Part shown: in pieces, positions 18,452-28,451 of the stretch
Numbering within the stretch: position 1 is the stretch's first letter
Layout of the letters: every line of letters begins with the position of its first letter
DNA from: a bacterium
GTDB taxonomy: Bacteria; UBP6; JAFGXH01
Length of the DNA stretch: 64,000 nt
Assembly (NCBI GenBank): GCA_027064085.1
Contig: JAMOQH010000141.1
Location: forward strand, 2,259-66,258
Reading direction: 5' to 3'
Notes under the pieces: model-generated
What the model saw: only the letters and a program-made list of their open reading frames with translations
Told to the model about the DNA's origin: nothing
The model's database searches: none
Made by a program: the position numbers and the translations under genes

Positions 18452-20899
18452 TTAATAATCAATTTCGTATGTTTTGATATCTAAATTATAATCATAAGAT
18501 GTGTTATTATCAATTGTTATCTCACCTTTAAATACTTTTAGCATTACATTAATAGACCTTGCATTAGGATCATTATTTGTATAAGTTAAAACTTCATGCC
18601 CATCAGAACTTGTTCTAGATGTTGCAACAGCATCGAATTGCCCCCTTAAATATAATTCTGTTTTAAATGTCAAATCAGTTTGAACTCTTAACTGTGTATA
18701 TGTATTTAGTTGCATCGTAAACCAATCTGTATCAGAATCACATAAAGTTAAGTCGTAATTCGCACCATTATTTCCTAATTGTAAATTAGTTGCATTTCTT
18801 CTTGTATTATTGTCTTCAAATTGGTCTGGTATGCAAGTATTAGTATTAATACTTGTTGAAAGACTATAGGTTTGACACTCATGATATGGCTCATTTGGAT
18901 TTTGAATCAAGGCAACATTAACTAATACTTCACCTTCACGAAAATTCATAGGGTCAATAATTAATGACTCACTATCAGTATAACCTTCTGAAGATGTTAT
19001 TAGGCTACCATTTTGAAATGCATAAACATCTATATCTCCATCAGAATTTATAAAACTAAACTTAATTTCAAGAGTTGTTTGTCCATCATATCTAAAAGAA
19101 TACCAATCTTCATCTTCATAAGTAATAGTTAAATTATCATAATTACCATTTTGAAGTATTGCAGGATGCGCTATATCATCATTTTCTTCAAATTGGTCAG
19201 TTGGACAATTAGGGGTTACAGTTTGACATACATTTTGTACACATGCTTGACCAGCAGGGCAATCATCATCATTTAGACAATATAACGGTTGGCAATCTTC
19301 CGGACAAGTATATTCTTCACCTTCTTGACAAATTCCATCTCCACAACTAGGTGTATCTCCTTCGCACTGACCATTAATTGGATTACATTGCATTCCTTGT
19401 GGACATCTCGTAGCCATATTGACACAAATTCCATTATCACAAGCATCATGAGTACATAAGTTTCCATCATTACAATCAGCATCACTCCTACAATTTACTT
19501 GTTGACAATCTTCTGGGCAAGTATATAATTCACCTTCTTGACAAATTCCATCTCCACAACTAGGCCCTTCTGAACAATCAGCAGGACAACTCTGAGTAGT
19601 TTCTCCTAATTCTGCACTACATTCACCATCTCCACATCTTTCAAAATCACATTGTTCAACACAAGTATTATTTTCACATGACCAATGTCCTACACACCTT
19701 ACATTCCATTGATGATCTGCACAATCAATAGCTTTTGTACATTCAGGCACTATTGCTTTACATACACCCTCTTCAGTACAAATAAAGCCTTCTCCACAAT
19801 CATGATTTGTTCTGCATGTTTCAGGCATAGGCTTACATGTATTTGGATTTACACAAGCATAACAATTATTACGATAAGCTAATATTTGACCTTCACTACA
19901 ATTAGGAGGCATCATATCACACATAGGTTCTGTTCCGTCATCACAATGGTCATCCCTACAATCAGCAGGACAGTTGTTGTAGTTTTCACCAAGTTCAATA
20001 TCACAAGTTCCGTTTCCACATTTTTCACCACCACATTCTGCTACACAGGCATTATCTTTGCAAATCCAATGAGCATCTATGCAATTAATATTAGGAGTAC
20101 CGGGGCAATCTTCTGCTGTTTCACATGTTGTAGCCCCACATTTTTGTTCACAGGTATTTTCTATGCATTCCCAATGAGCACCAGCACATTTTATAGTTAA
20201 AGAACCATCACAATCATCAACTGTATTACAAGTATCATTTCCTATCAGTTGACACTTATTATCCTTACACTCATAACCATTAAAACAATCCGAAGTTTCA
20301 TTACACTCATATTCTTTGGTTTTACACTCTTGGTTTTCACAATAAAAACCTTCTTTACAATCACTATCTTTTTCACAAACTGTTTTTTGACATTCTTTTG
20401 TTTCTGAATTACACTCATAGCCATCTTCACAGGAATCGGCAGTACAGTTTGCCGTACAGGTTCCGTTACTACTACAATGTTGGCCATTTAAACACTCTGC
20501 ATCACTACTGCAGGTTTTAGGGTCGTTTTTAGGAGTACATTTGTAATTATCACAAATTTCACTTTCCTTACAATCAGAATCTTGTTCACATAAATGAGTG
20601 TTAGGGTCTTTTTCACATTTTTTAGATTCTGAATTACAAATAAATCCAACACCACAGTCATCATTGGATTCACAATAACTTTCACATAATTTATCATCAT
20701 TACAAAATTGACCATTTAAACAAGATGCATCATTTTTACATGTATTACTTTCAGTACAGTTACCTGCAATACATTTTTGCCCATCTTCACAATTTTTATC
20801 TGTAATACAGCCTTCCCATTTAGGTTTAACAGTATTGTTTGAACCACATGATATTGCAAAAAATAAAATTGCAATAAAAAACAATGAAATATATCTCAT
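18452..20899 (-). CDS. Secreted cysteine-rich repeat protein with two C-terminal PPC (pre-peptidase C-terminal)-like domains
   Basis: Signal peptide. Many CxxDxDC.xGxxC modules. Three CG(D/N)G.C....GE....CP.DC units of the Myxococcus-type Cys-rich repeat. Two D.FE.N.......L......DxDW(Y/F) PPC-like segments. Confidence 0.7.
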   Translation of the reverse strand: MRYISLFFIAILFFAISCGSNNTVKPKWEGCITDKNCEDGQKCIAGNCTESNTCKNDASCLNGQFCNDDKLCESYCESNDDCGVGFICNSESKKCEKDPNTHLCEQDSDCKESEICDNYKCTPKNDPKTCSSDAECLNGQHCSSNGTCTANCTADSCEDGYECNSETKECQKTVCEKDSDCKEGFYCENQECKTKEYECNETSDCFNGYECKDNKCQLIGNDTCNTVDDCDGSLTIKCAGAHWECIENTCEQKCGATTCETAEDCPGTPNINCIDAHWICKDNACVAECGGEKCGNGTCDIELGENYNNCPADCRDDHCDDGTEPMCDMMPPNCSEGQILAYRNNCYACVNPNTCKPMPETCRTNHDCGEGFICTEEGVCKAIVPECTKAIDCADHQWNVRCVGHWSCENNTCVEQCDFERCGDGECSAELGETTQSCPADCSEGPSCGDGICQEGELYTCPEDCQQVNCRSDADCNDGNLCTHDACDNGICVNMATRCPQGMQCNPINGQCEGDTPSCGDGICQEGEEYTCPEDCQPLYCLNDDDCPAGQACVQNVCQTVTPNCPTDQFEENDDIAHPAILQNGNYDNLTITYEDEDWYSFRYDGQTTLEIKFSFINSDGDIDVYAFQNGSLITSSEGYTDSESLIIDPMNFREGEVLVNVALIQNPNEPYHECQTYSLSTSINTNTCIPDQFEDNNTRRNATNLQLGNNGANYDLTLCDSDTDWFTMQLNTYTQLRVQTDLTFKTELYLRGQFDAVATSRTSSDGHEVLTYTNNDPNARSINVMLKVFKGEITIDNNTSYDYNLDIKTYEIDY

Positions 20900-21048
20900 A
20901 TATCCCCCAAAAAAAAATAATATAGTATTTTATATATCTAAAATAAAAAAATGTCAAATTTAAGTCAGGATTTTTTTTATTACTTAACTTAAGGCAAATA
21001 GGAATAAATTTTGCTAATAAATAATTTAGTTAATATTGAGAGGATGCT

Positions 21049-22107
21049 TTGGCAGACCAAGAAAAAACCCAACAAGCAACGGAACATCAGAGACGAGAAT
21101 TTAGAAAACGAGGAGAAATTGCAAAATCTTCAGAACTTGTATCTGTATCAGTATTGTTTGGAGGAATTTTAATATTAACAATCATTTCAACCTACCTAAT
21201 TGAAAATTATCAACATCTACAATTTTACTTTTTTAACCATATTGCATTTGATTTAAATCCTAGTAATAAAGGTGTCATGGCCTCTGTTATATTTACAACA
21301 TTAATAAAAACTTTATTACCAATCTTTTTAACTTTAATGATAATAGCAGTAATAGCAAATGTTGCCCAAACAGGAATAATATTATCTACAGAAAGTCTAA
21401 AATTTGATTGGGGGAAAATAAATCCACTAAAAAAAATCAAGCAACTATTCTTTTCAAAAGATACTTTCTTTGAATTATTTAAATCAATTATAAAATTATT
21501 TGCTATAGGTTTTATAACTTTTGTCACTGCAAAAAGTTTTGTAGGCCTAATTATTAGCTCTCAAGAGCGTCAAATTGATGACATTTTACATATTACGGGC
21601 TTAGTTTTATTTAGAATTTTATTAAATGTTTTAATGTTACTGCTTGTTTTAGGTTTTGTTGACTTTATATATCAAAAATTTAAAATGGAAGAAAAAATGA
21701 AAATGACTCATCAAGAAATTAAAGATGAGTATAAGCAACTTGAAGGTGATCCTCATGTAAAGGGTAAAAGAAAGCAAAAGCAAAGGGAAATGTCCATGAA
21801 CAGAATGATGCAAGCAGTTCCAAGTTCAGATGTTATTGTTGCAAACCCAACTCACTTTGCCGTTGCGTTAAAATATGATAAAGAAAATGATTACGCCCCA
21901 CAAGTAGTAGCTAAAGGAGCTGACCTTATTGCTCAAAAAATTAAAGAAATTGGGCGAAAAAACGGTGTCCCTATAGTTGAAAACAGGCCACTAGCAAGAA
22001 ATTTATTTTGGAATTTAGAAATAGGTGATTTTATTCCTGCAAACCTATTTAAGGTTGTTGCTGAATTATTCGCCTATGTATATAAATTAGATAAGAAAGG
22101 AAGGTAG
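21049..22107 (+). CDS. flhB: Flagellar export switch protein FlhB
   Basis: ADQEKTQQATEHQRREFRKRGEIAKSSEL N-terminus, four TM segments, autocleavage motif NPTHFAVAL. TTG start behind GAGAGGA. Confidence 0.9.
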   Translation: MADQEKTQQATEHQRREFRKRGEIAKSSELVSVSVLFGGILILTIISTYLIENYQHLQFYFFNHIAFDLNPSNKGVMASVIFTTLIKTLLPIFLTLMIIAVIANVAQTGIILSTESLKFDWGKINPLKKIKQLFFSKDTFFELFKSIIKLFAIGFITFVTAKSFVGLIISSQERQIDDILHITGLVLFRILLNVLMLLLVLGFVDFIYQKFKMEEKMKMTHQEIKDEYKQLEGDPHVKGKRKQKQREMSMNRMMQAVPSSDVIVANPTHFAVALKYDKENDYAPQVVAKGADLIAQKIKEIGRKNGVPIVENRPLARNLFWNLEIGDFIPANLFKVVAELFAYVYKLDKKGR

Positions 22108-22108
22108 T

Positions 22109-24223
22109 ATGAGTGAATTAGTTATAAGAAGAAAAATGCCTTTAACATCATTTATAAAAAATAACTCTAATGCAATATTTGCAACTTTGATAATATTTGT
22201 ATTACTATTAATGATAGTGCCAATTCCTACATTTCTATTGGATTTCTTTTTTGTACTTAATTTATCTACAGCTTTAACTATTTTAGTTGTTTCAGTATAT
22301 GTTCAAAAACCTCTAGAATTTTCAACTTTTCCATCAGTATTACTTGTGATTACTTTATTTAGATTATCTTTAAACATTGCTTCAACAAGATTGATACTAT
22401 TACATGGTTCAGAAGGACCTAGTGCTGCAGGAGCAATAATTAAAACATTTGGTGCATTTGTTGTTGGGGGTAATTATGTAGTTGGTATTATTATATTTTT
22501 AATACTAGTTTTAATAAATTTTATAGTAATTACTAAAGGTAGTGGAAGAATTGCAGAAGTTACAGCAAGATTTACCCTTGATGCCATGCCCGGTAAACAG
22601 ATGGCTATTGATGCAGATTTATCAGCAGGATTAATTGATGAAGATACTGCAAAAGCAAGAAGAAGAGAAGTTACCGATGAATCAGATTTTTATGGAGCTA
22701 TGGATGGTGCATCTAAATTTGTAAAAGGAGATGCAATTGTTGGTATTATTGTTACTTTTATTAATATTATTGCAGGATTAATTATAGGGGTTTTTCAACA
22801 AGGAATGGATTTTGGTTCAGCAGCAAAGGCATATACAATTTTAACTGTTGGTGATGGTTTAGTTTCCCAAATTCCATCTTTGGTAATATCAACGGCTGCA
22901 GGTATTATTGTTTCAAGGATTGCTTCGGAAGAAAAATTTGGTACTAATATTGGGCAACAATTTACTGGGCATAAAACAGCTTTATTTGTTGTTTCGGGTA
23001 TATTATTGGTTTTTATGGCAATTCCAGGTATGCCTAAATTGTTATTCTTATTTATGTCAGCAGTTATATCATTATATGCATATTTTCAATCAGGAATTGA
23101 GAAATCTAATAATAATGATGATCCTAAATCTCCAAATTCAACTCAAGAACAAAGTTCTCCTGAGGATATTAAACAAAACGAAGAAGAACAAATTGAAAAC
23201 TTATTATCTGTTGATGTAGCTGAATTAGAAGTAGGTTATGGATTAATAGCTTTAGTTGATAAATCAAAAGACGGAAGATTAATAGATAGAATAAAAGGAT
23301 TAAGAAGACAGTTCGCTTCTTCACATGGAGTTATTATTCCATCTATACACATAAGGGATAATTTAAAATTGCAACCAGAAGAATATTTGTTTTCAATAAA
23401 AGGTAGTGAAATAGGCAGATATACAATTCATACAGATAAGTTGCTCGCAATGGCTCCTGAAGGAATAGATATAAATATTATGAAAGGTATAAAAACCAAA
23501 GAGCCTGCTTTTAATCTTGATGCTTTGTGGATAAATCCAAAAGATAAAAATAGAGCAGAAGCATTAGGTTTTACTATTGTTGATACTGCAACAGTAATTT
23601 CAACACATTTAACAGAATTAATCAGAAAAAATGCTCATAAATTGATAGGTCGTCAAGAAATTACAAAATTATTAGATGTTTTTAGTAAAAATAATGCTAA
23701 ATTAGTAGAAGAGGTTGTTCCAAACTTAATTTCATTAGGAGAATTAGTTACTGTAATGAAAAATTTATTGTATGAGCAAGTTCCAGTTAAAGATTTACAA
23801 TCAATTTTGGAAACTTTGGCTGATAATATTCATAAAACTAAAAATATTGATATTTTAACAGAATTTGTTAGACAAAGCTTATCTGGTTATATTACTAATC
23901 AGTTTTCTGTAGATAAAGTACTTTATACTTTACTTTTAGACCCAAAACTTGAGGAATTAATTAAAAAATCAATGCAAAGCAATAAAAATGGTGATTTAAC
24001 ATTAAATCTTCCTGCTCAAAAAACAGAATCGATGATAAAGGATTTAACCGATGCAATGGCATATTTTGAAAATTTTAATTCCTCTCCAATTTTATTGGTA
24101 ACACCAGAAATAAGAAAAGCATTAAAAAATTATCTTGATAGATTTATTCAAGGATATACTGTTTTATCTTATGCCGAAATCAGTAATTCTGTAGAAATTA
24201 AACCTATTGCAACTTTAGATTAA
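22109..24223 (+). CDS. flhA: Flagellar export gate protein FlhA
   Basis: FHIPEP-family motifs (SVLLVITLFRLSLNIASTRLIL, GRIAEVTARFTLDAMPGKQMAIDADL). 704 aa. Confidence 0.95.
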   Translation: MSELVIRRKMPLTSFIKNNSNAIFATLIIFVLLLMIVPIPTFLLDFFFVLNLSTALTILVVSVYVQKPLEFSTFPSVLLVITLFRLSLNIASTRLILLHGSEGPSAAGAIIKTFGAFVVGGNYVVGIIIFLILVLINFIVITKGSGRIAEVTARFTLDAMPGKQMAIDADLSAGLIDEDTAKARRREVTDESDFYGAMDGASKFVKGDAIVGIIVTFINIIAGLIIGVFQQGMDFGSAAKAYTILTVGDGLVSQIPSLVISTAAGIIVSRIASEEKFGTNIGQQFTGHKTALFVVSGILLVFMAIPGMPKLLFLFMSAVISLYAYFQSGIEKSNNNDDPKSPNSTQEQSSPEDIKQNEEEQIENLLSVDVAELEVGYGLIALVDKSKDGRLIDRIKGLRRQFASSHGVIIPSIHIRDNLKLQPEEYLFSIKGSEIGRYTIHTDKLLAMAPEGIDINIMKGIKTKEPAFNLDALWINPKDKNRAEALGFTIVDTATVISTHLTELIRKNAHKLIGRQEITKLLDVFSKNNAKLVEEVVPNLISLGELVTVMKNLLYEQVPVKDLQSILETLADNIHKTKNIDILTEFVRQSLSGYITNQFSVDKVLYTLLLDPKLEELIKKSMQSNKNGDLTLNLPAQKTESMIKDLTDAMAYFENFNSSPILLVTPEIRKALKNYLDRFIQGYTVLSYAEISNSVEIKPIATLD

Positions 24224-24340
24224 TTCCATTGATAAATTTACTGATTTATACTTAATTTAAATATAATGAGCAAAGATATTTAGCTTTGCGAACAGTGTAA
24301 AACTGCCTTAGCAGGTTGAAACTGCAAAAGAATTATCTTT

Positions 24341-24814
24341 TTACTTCCAGTTTTTATATGGATTTTTCAATAACATAGAATTGTAATATTTTACATCACC
24401 AGTAACTTCTTTACCTAGCCATTCCGGTTTTTCAAATGCTTCATTTTCATCACCAAGTTCAACTTCAGCAACAATTAACCCTTCATTTTCTAATAAAAAT
24501 TTATCTACTTCAAAAATATGATTTCCAACTTTAACATTAGTTCTAGTTTTACTTAAAATAGGCTTTTCACAAAGCTCTAAAAGTTCTTTAGCTTCTTCTA
24601 TTGTAATTTCTTTTTCAAATTCGTATCGGCTTGCACCACTTGCATTACCAATTCCTTTAATTGTTAAAAAACCTTTATCTCCTTTAATTCTTATTCTAAC
24701 TGTTCTTTCTTTAACTGAAGACAAATAACCTTGAGTAATTTCAACAGCATTACCAAGTTTATCTATATTAGTACCCTCTTTTACTAAAAATTTTTTTTCT
24801 ATTTCCTGTGCCAT
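24341..24814 (-). CDS. CYTH-domain triphosphate tunnel metalloenzyme
   Basis: EIEKKFLV (ExExK) at the N-terminus and the ...VAEVEL... pattern near the C-terminus. I prefer the ATG at 24814 (MAQEIEKKF) behind GGAG to the track start at 24832. Confidence 0.8.
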   Translation of the reverse strand: MAQEIEKKFLVKEGTNIDKLGNAVEITQGYLSSVKERTVRIRIKGDKGFLTIKGIGNASGASRYEFEKEITIEEAKELLELCEKPILSKTRTNVKVGNHIFEVDKFLLENEGLIVAEVELGDENEAFEKPEWLGKEVTGDVKYYNSMLLKNPYKNWK

Positions 24815-24822
24815 AACCACTC

Positions 24823-25398
24823 CTATTTCCAAACAGTATTTTTCATTGCTTTAATATAATTTATATTTTCAAACTTATCTAGTTTTAAATTTTTAACAGT
24901 ATCTGCAACTAATTTAGGGTCAGTATGCTCAACCGCAATTGTTTTATATGCGTAATCATTAAACTTACCTTCTGCAATTTCAACAATAGCTTCACCAACC
25001 ATGTATCCAAATCTATGCTTATAAACATCAACCATAGTTAATTCTTTAGTATCATTAATTAGTTGAATATATTCTTCATAACTAAGTTCATCTTTCTCTA
25101 AAAAAGGAAGTTCTACACCAAAAGCTTTAAAAACTAATGCAAGAGCATTAATATGAATAGGAAAAGAAGCCTTTGTAAGTACTGTCCATTGCTCCAAACC
25201 ATCTTTCATACGAATTGGAGTTTTAATATCCATTAATTCTTCTCTAATTTTAGTATTATCATTGCTATTTGTTGATAATATATAAATTTCTGAGCTTTCT
25301 CTTTCTATTTTAAGACCTGTTTCTTTAATTAAAGCTTCACTTTCTGATAAATCTTCTGAAAATGTTCTCCATTCCCAACGAGGTATTATTTTTTCCAT
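24823..25398 (-). CDS. Hypothetical protein, possibly a divergent CYTH-like domain
   Basis: N-terminal PRWEWRTF where CYTH proteins carry ExExK. Later ...TKIREELMDIKTP... and ...VYKHRFGYMVGEAIVEIAEG... follow the CYTH strand pattern. Weak call from memory only. Confidence 0.35.
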   Translation of the reverse strand: MEKIIPRWEWRTFSEDLSESEALIKETGLKIERESSEIYILSTNSNDNTKIREELMDIKTPIRMKDGLEQWTVLTKASFPIHINALALVFKAFGVELPFLEKDELSYEEYIQLINDTKELTMVDVYKHRFGYMVGEAIVEIAEGKFNDYAYKTIAVEHTDPKLVADTVKNLKLDKFENINYIKAMKNTVWK

Positions 25399-25418
25399 TT
25401 TTCTCTCCTAAGTAATTC

Positions 25419-27002
25419 CTAAGTAATTCCTAATAATTTAAAATATGTCATTCCCATAATAATAGAAACAACCCATGCTATAACTTGCATCGTAACACCA
25501 AACTTAAAGGTATCCGACCAACTATATTGATTTGTAGTATATGACAATAAAGCAGGTTTACTGTTAAATGGTAAAACATAAACATGTTCTATTAACATAG
25601 CTAATGGAAATGCTAAACTCATAACAGTAAAACCAAATCTACTTGCAATTCCAATTGCAATTGGAATAAAAATCATAGTTCTCATTGTTTTTGATTGAAA
25701 AATTAAGGCTGAAAATACCATTCCAGCAGTTAAAATCACATATAAAGTCATATATGATGTTTCTTTACCTATACCAATACTATCAAAAAATGAATTAACT
25801 GCAATTCCCGATAAATCGGTAACTTTTAATCCTGCTCCAAGTGTATAAGCTCCAGCTGAAAACATAAGTAAATGCCAAGGAATATCAATATCATTCCATT
25901 CAACAACACCAACTTTAGGCATTAATGCAATGATTGCACCTAAAAAAGCAACTGCTGTTGGACTAATTCCATGATATTTATCTGTTACCCATAACCCAAG
26001 TATAGCTGAAAATATGATAATAGATTTGATTTCATCAAAACCAATCTTTCCCATTTTAGCAAGCTCTTCCTTTAGTTTTTCCATTCCTCCAGGGATGACA
26101 GGAGTTCTTTCTTCTTTAGATATAGGAAAAAAGATTTTTGTTCCAACAAAGTAAGCAATAACCATTAATAACATAGCAACAGGAAGCGATGCCGTCATCC
26201 AATCAGAGAAGAAAATATCTTTACCAATTGCTCCTGCAATTAATGATGCAGCCAAAAGATTAGCTCCAGAGCCTGTCAAAAAAGAAGATGCACCCATATT
26301 ATTTTGAAATAAATTTTGTAAAACGATATTTCTACCAAAATTATTTCTACTTCCATTAGATGCACCATATACTGCAGCCACAACCATAAAAATTGGAAGT
26401 AATATAGCCGCCTTAGCTGTTGTAGCAGATATAAAAAGAGATAAGACTAGATTTATAAGCATAAATGAAAATATCATACTCGTTGAATTCTTACCAAACT
26501 TTATTATAAACCATAAGGCAAACCTTTTTGCTACCCCTGTTGCAACAAGCATACTTGCTAAAATAAAAGACAATATATTCAACCACATAACTTTATGCCC
26601 TAACTGAGCATAGGCTTCTTTTTCAGGAAGAACATGAGTTAGGACAAGCGTTATTATTAATATCAAAGATGTTAAATAATTAGGTATTGGCTCTGTTACC
26701 CATAAAATCAATGATGCTACAAATATTGCTAACATTGCTTTATTAGAAAATACAAAGTTATCCATTCCTACTTTATCTAAGTTTGCTTTTGCTTTTGTAC
26801 TTAAAGTTGCTATATCAAAGTTTTTTAAAAAATCTAAATCTAATACAAATAATATCAATATGAAAGACAGTAACGCTAATGGAACTCCAATTTTCATCAA
26901 AAAAAGCTCAATACTACTTTTTTCTCTTTTTGGAAGCTTTTCCATTTTATAATTATTCATATCCAGAATGTCAAATTCCTTTTTTATTTCTTCTGTGCTC
27001 AA
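25419..27002 (-). CDS. Anion permease of the ion-transporter superfamily (DASS/SLC13- or CitMHS-like)
   Basis: 527 aa and polytopic. Hairpin-type motifs LFISATTAKAAILLPIF and VLPFNSKPALL, resembling the duplicated SNT/PxN reentrant loops of DASS carriers. Confidence 0.65.
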   Translation of the reverse strand: MSTEEIKKEFDILDMNNYKMEKLPKREKSSIELFLMKIGVPLALLSFILILFVLDLDFLKNFDIATLSTKAKANLDKVGMDNFVFSNKAMLAIFVASLILWVTEPIPNYLTSLILIITLVLTHVLPEKEAYAQLGHKVMWLNILSFILASMLVATGVAKRFALWFIIKFGKNSTSMIFSFMLINLVLSLFISATTAKAAILLPIFMVVAAVYGASNGSRNNFGRNIVLQNLFQNNMGASSFLTGSGANLLAASLIAGAIGKDIFFSDWMTASLPVAMLLMVIAYFVGTKIFFPISKEERTPVIPGGMEKLKEELAKMGKIGFDEIKSIIIFSAILGLWVTDKYHGISPTAVAFLGAIIALMPKVGVVEWNDIDIPWHLLMFSAGAYTLGAGLKVTDLSGIAVNSFFDSIGIGKETSYMTLYVILTAGMVFSALIFQSKTMRTMIFIPIAIGIASRFGFTVMSLAFPLAMLIEHVYVLPFNSKPALLSYTTNQYSWSDTFKFGVTMQVIAWVVSIIMGMTYFKLLGIT

Positions 27003-27011
27003 TTTTTCTCC

Positions 27012-28436
27012 TTATTGAACATTTGTTGCCCCTGGTGTTGGCTCTTTTGCTCCATCTTTTGTAAATAATTCCCAAACATCCCCACCATCAACAGAGCGAC
27101 CCAAAGAGATATTTTCACCTAAAGCATCCGTATCCAAATATTCTTTAGAGTCTACAACAGTTTCATCAGGAGCAATTAAAGTTACAGTATCTCCATTTGT
27201 TCCTAATTTTTGAGCAACATTTAAAACGCCACCAATATCATCCTTGTTAAAAAAGAAAACAATAAAACTTTTTGATGCAACTGTTGTTTTTACTGCATCT
27301 GTATCAGGAACTTGAGTACATTCAGTTATGCCATCATTAGCATAATTATCATCACATAAATAATATCCTGCTAAATCAATATCAGTATCACTATTATTAT
27401 ATATTTCAACCCAATCACTATCTGTAAATTCAGTATAAAATGAATTTTTTGCCATAATTTCATTAATAAAAAGAGCTTGAGGAACAGTTGGTTCACAAGT
27501 ATTATCTATATTACAAGTACCGCTTTCACAATCAGTTCCTAAAAGACATTCTACACATTTATTATTTAACTCATTAGTATTATCTACTAAACATAATGGT
27601 GTTGCAGCATCACATTCTGATACATCATCAGCTTTACATTCAGCTACTGCAACAGCTTCACAAACATTTTCATCATTACAAATCATGTCAATACAATCAG
27701 TATCTGCTAAGCATGCTACACATTTATTATTTAACTCATTAGTATCATCTACTAAACATAAAGTTGTTTCACCAGTACAAGCAGTTGTATCTGTTGCAGT
27801 ACAGACAGCAGAAGAGAGAATACTACCATTTGCTGCATTTGGTGTTGGAGCTTTTTCTAGTGAAGTAGAAAATAATTCCCATGTATCTCCACCATCAGTA
27901 GAGCGTCCAATAGAAATATCTGTATCTAAACCACTTGTATCATCATATACATAAGAATCAACAACATCTTCACTTGCAGAAATCAAGTAAACACTATCAC
28001 CACTACTTCCAAGATTTTGAGTAATATTTAAAATACCAGTTAAGTCTTTATTAAATGTAAACACCAAAAATCCTTTAGCTTTTACTGTAGTTTTTACTGC
28101 ATCAGTATCAGGAATTTTCGTACAAGAATCAATTCCATCATCAGAATAATGATTATCACATAAATAAAAACCTGCTAAATCAATATCTGTATCATTTGGA
28201 TTATAAATTTCGACCCAATCACTACCATCTAAGTAGGAGTCATTAGATGCCATTATTTCGTTTATAAAAAGGTTTGTTCCTGCTTCTACACATTTACCAT
28301 CTGTATTACAAACTGGTCTTGCTGAATCTGTACAGTCAGTATCTGAAGTACATTTTGTTTCGTTACTACTTGGGTCACTTGAATCACAAGCAAATACAAA
28401 TAGCATTGCAAGTAAAATTGTTAAGTAAATCTTCAT
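27012..28436 (-). CDS. Secreted protein with two lamin-tail domains (LTD) separated by Cys-rich linkers
   Basis: Signal peptide with a Cys (FVFAC). Two copies of LFINEIMA.N.......SDWVEIYN..DTDIDLAG(F/Y)YLCD. Duplicated linker CLVD(D/N)TNELNNKCV.CL..TDC. Confidence 0.7.
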   Translation of the reverse strand: MKIYLTILLAMLFVFACDSSDPSSNETKCTSDTDCTDSARPVCNTDGKCVEAGTNLFINEIMASNDSYLDGSDWVEIYNPNDTDIDLAGFYLCDNHYSDDGIDSCTKIPDTDAVKTTVKAKGFLVFTFNKDLTGILNITQNLGSSGDSVYLISASEDVVDSYVYDDTSGLDTDISIGRSTDGGDTWELFSTSLEKAPTPNAANGSILSSAVCTATDTTACTGETTLCLVDDTNELNNKCVACLADTDCIDMICNDENVCEAVAVAECKADDVSECDAATPLCLVDNTNELNNKCVECLLGTDCESGTCNIDNTCEPTVPQALFINEIMAKNSFYTEFTDSDWVEIYNNSDTDIDLAGYYLCDDNYANDGITECTQVPDTDAVKTTVASKSFIVFFFNKDDIGGVLNVAQKLGTNGDTVTLIAPDETVVDSKEYLDTDALGENISLGRSVDGGDVWELFTKDGAKEPTPGATNVQ

Positions 28437-28451
28437 TTTTCTCCTTTTTAG

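Noticed and set aside
19273-20715. Several ORFs on both strands (65-104 aa) inside the Cys-rich protein gene
   Set aside because: They are alternative-frame or antisense products of repetitive Cys codon-rich DNA. The 815-aa frame has a signal peptide and coherent domain repeats, and these do not.
22908-23219. 103-aa same-strand alternate-frame ORF inside flhA
   Set aside because: It overlaps the conserved FlhA frame completely, and nothing in the sequence suggests a programmed frameshift.
24270-24330. Hairpins (gcaaag...ctttgc; ctgc-ctta-gcag) between the convergent flhA and CYTH genes as terminators
   Set aside because: The stems are short and no adjacent U-tract follows on the plus strand. 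The evidence is not convincing from sequence alone.
25408-25440. Tandem 11-bp duplication (cctaagtaatt x2 plus a degenerate third) at the permease stop / CYTH-like gene RBS
   Set aside because: It is real, but it is only two and a half copies of a short unit. This most simply reflects a micro-duplication that created the TAGGAG RBS, and there is nothing to suggest function beyond that.
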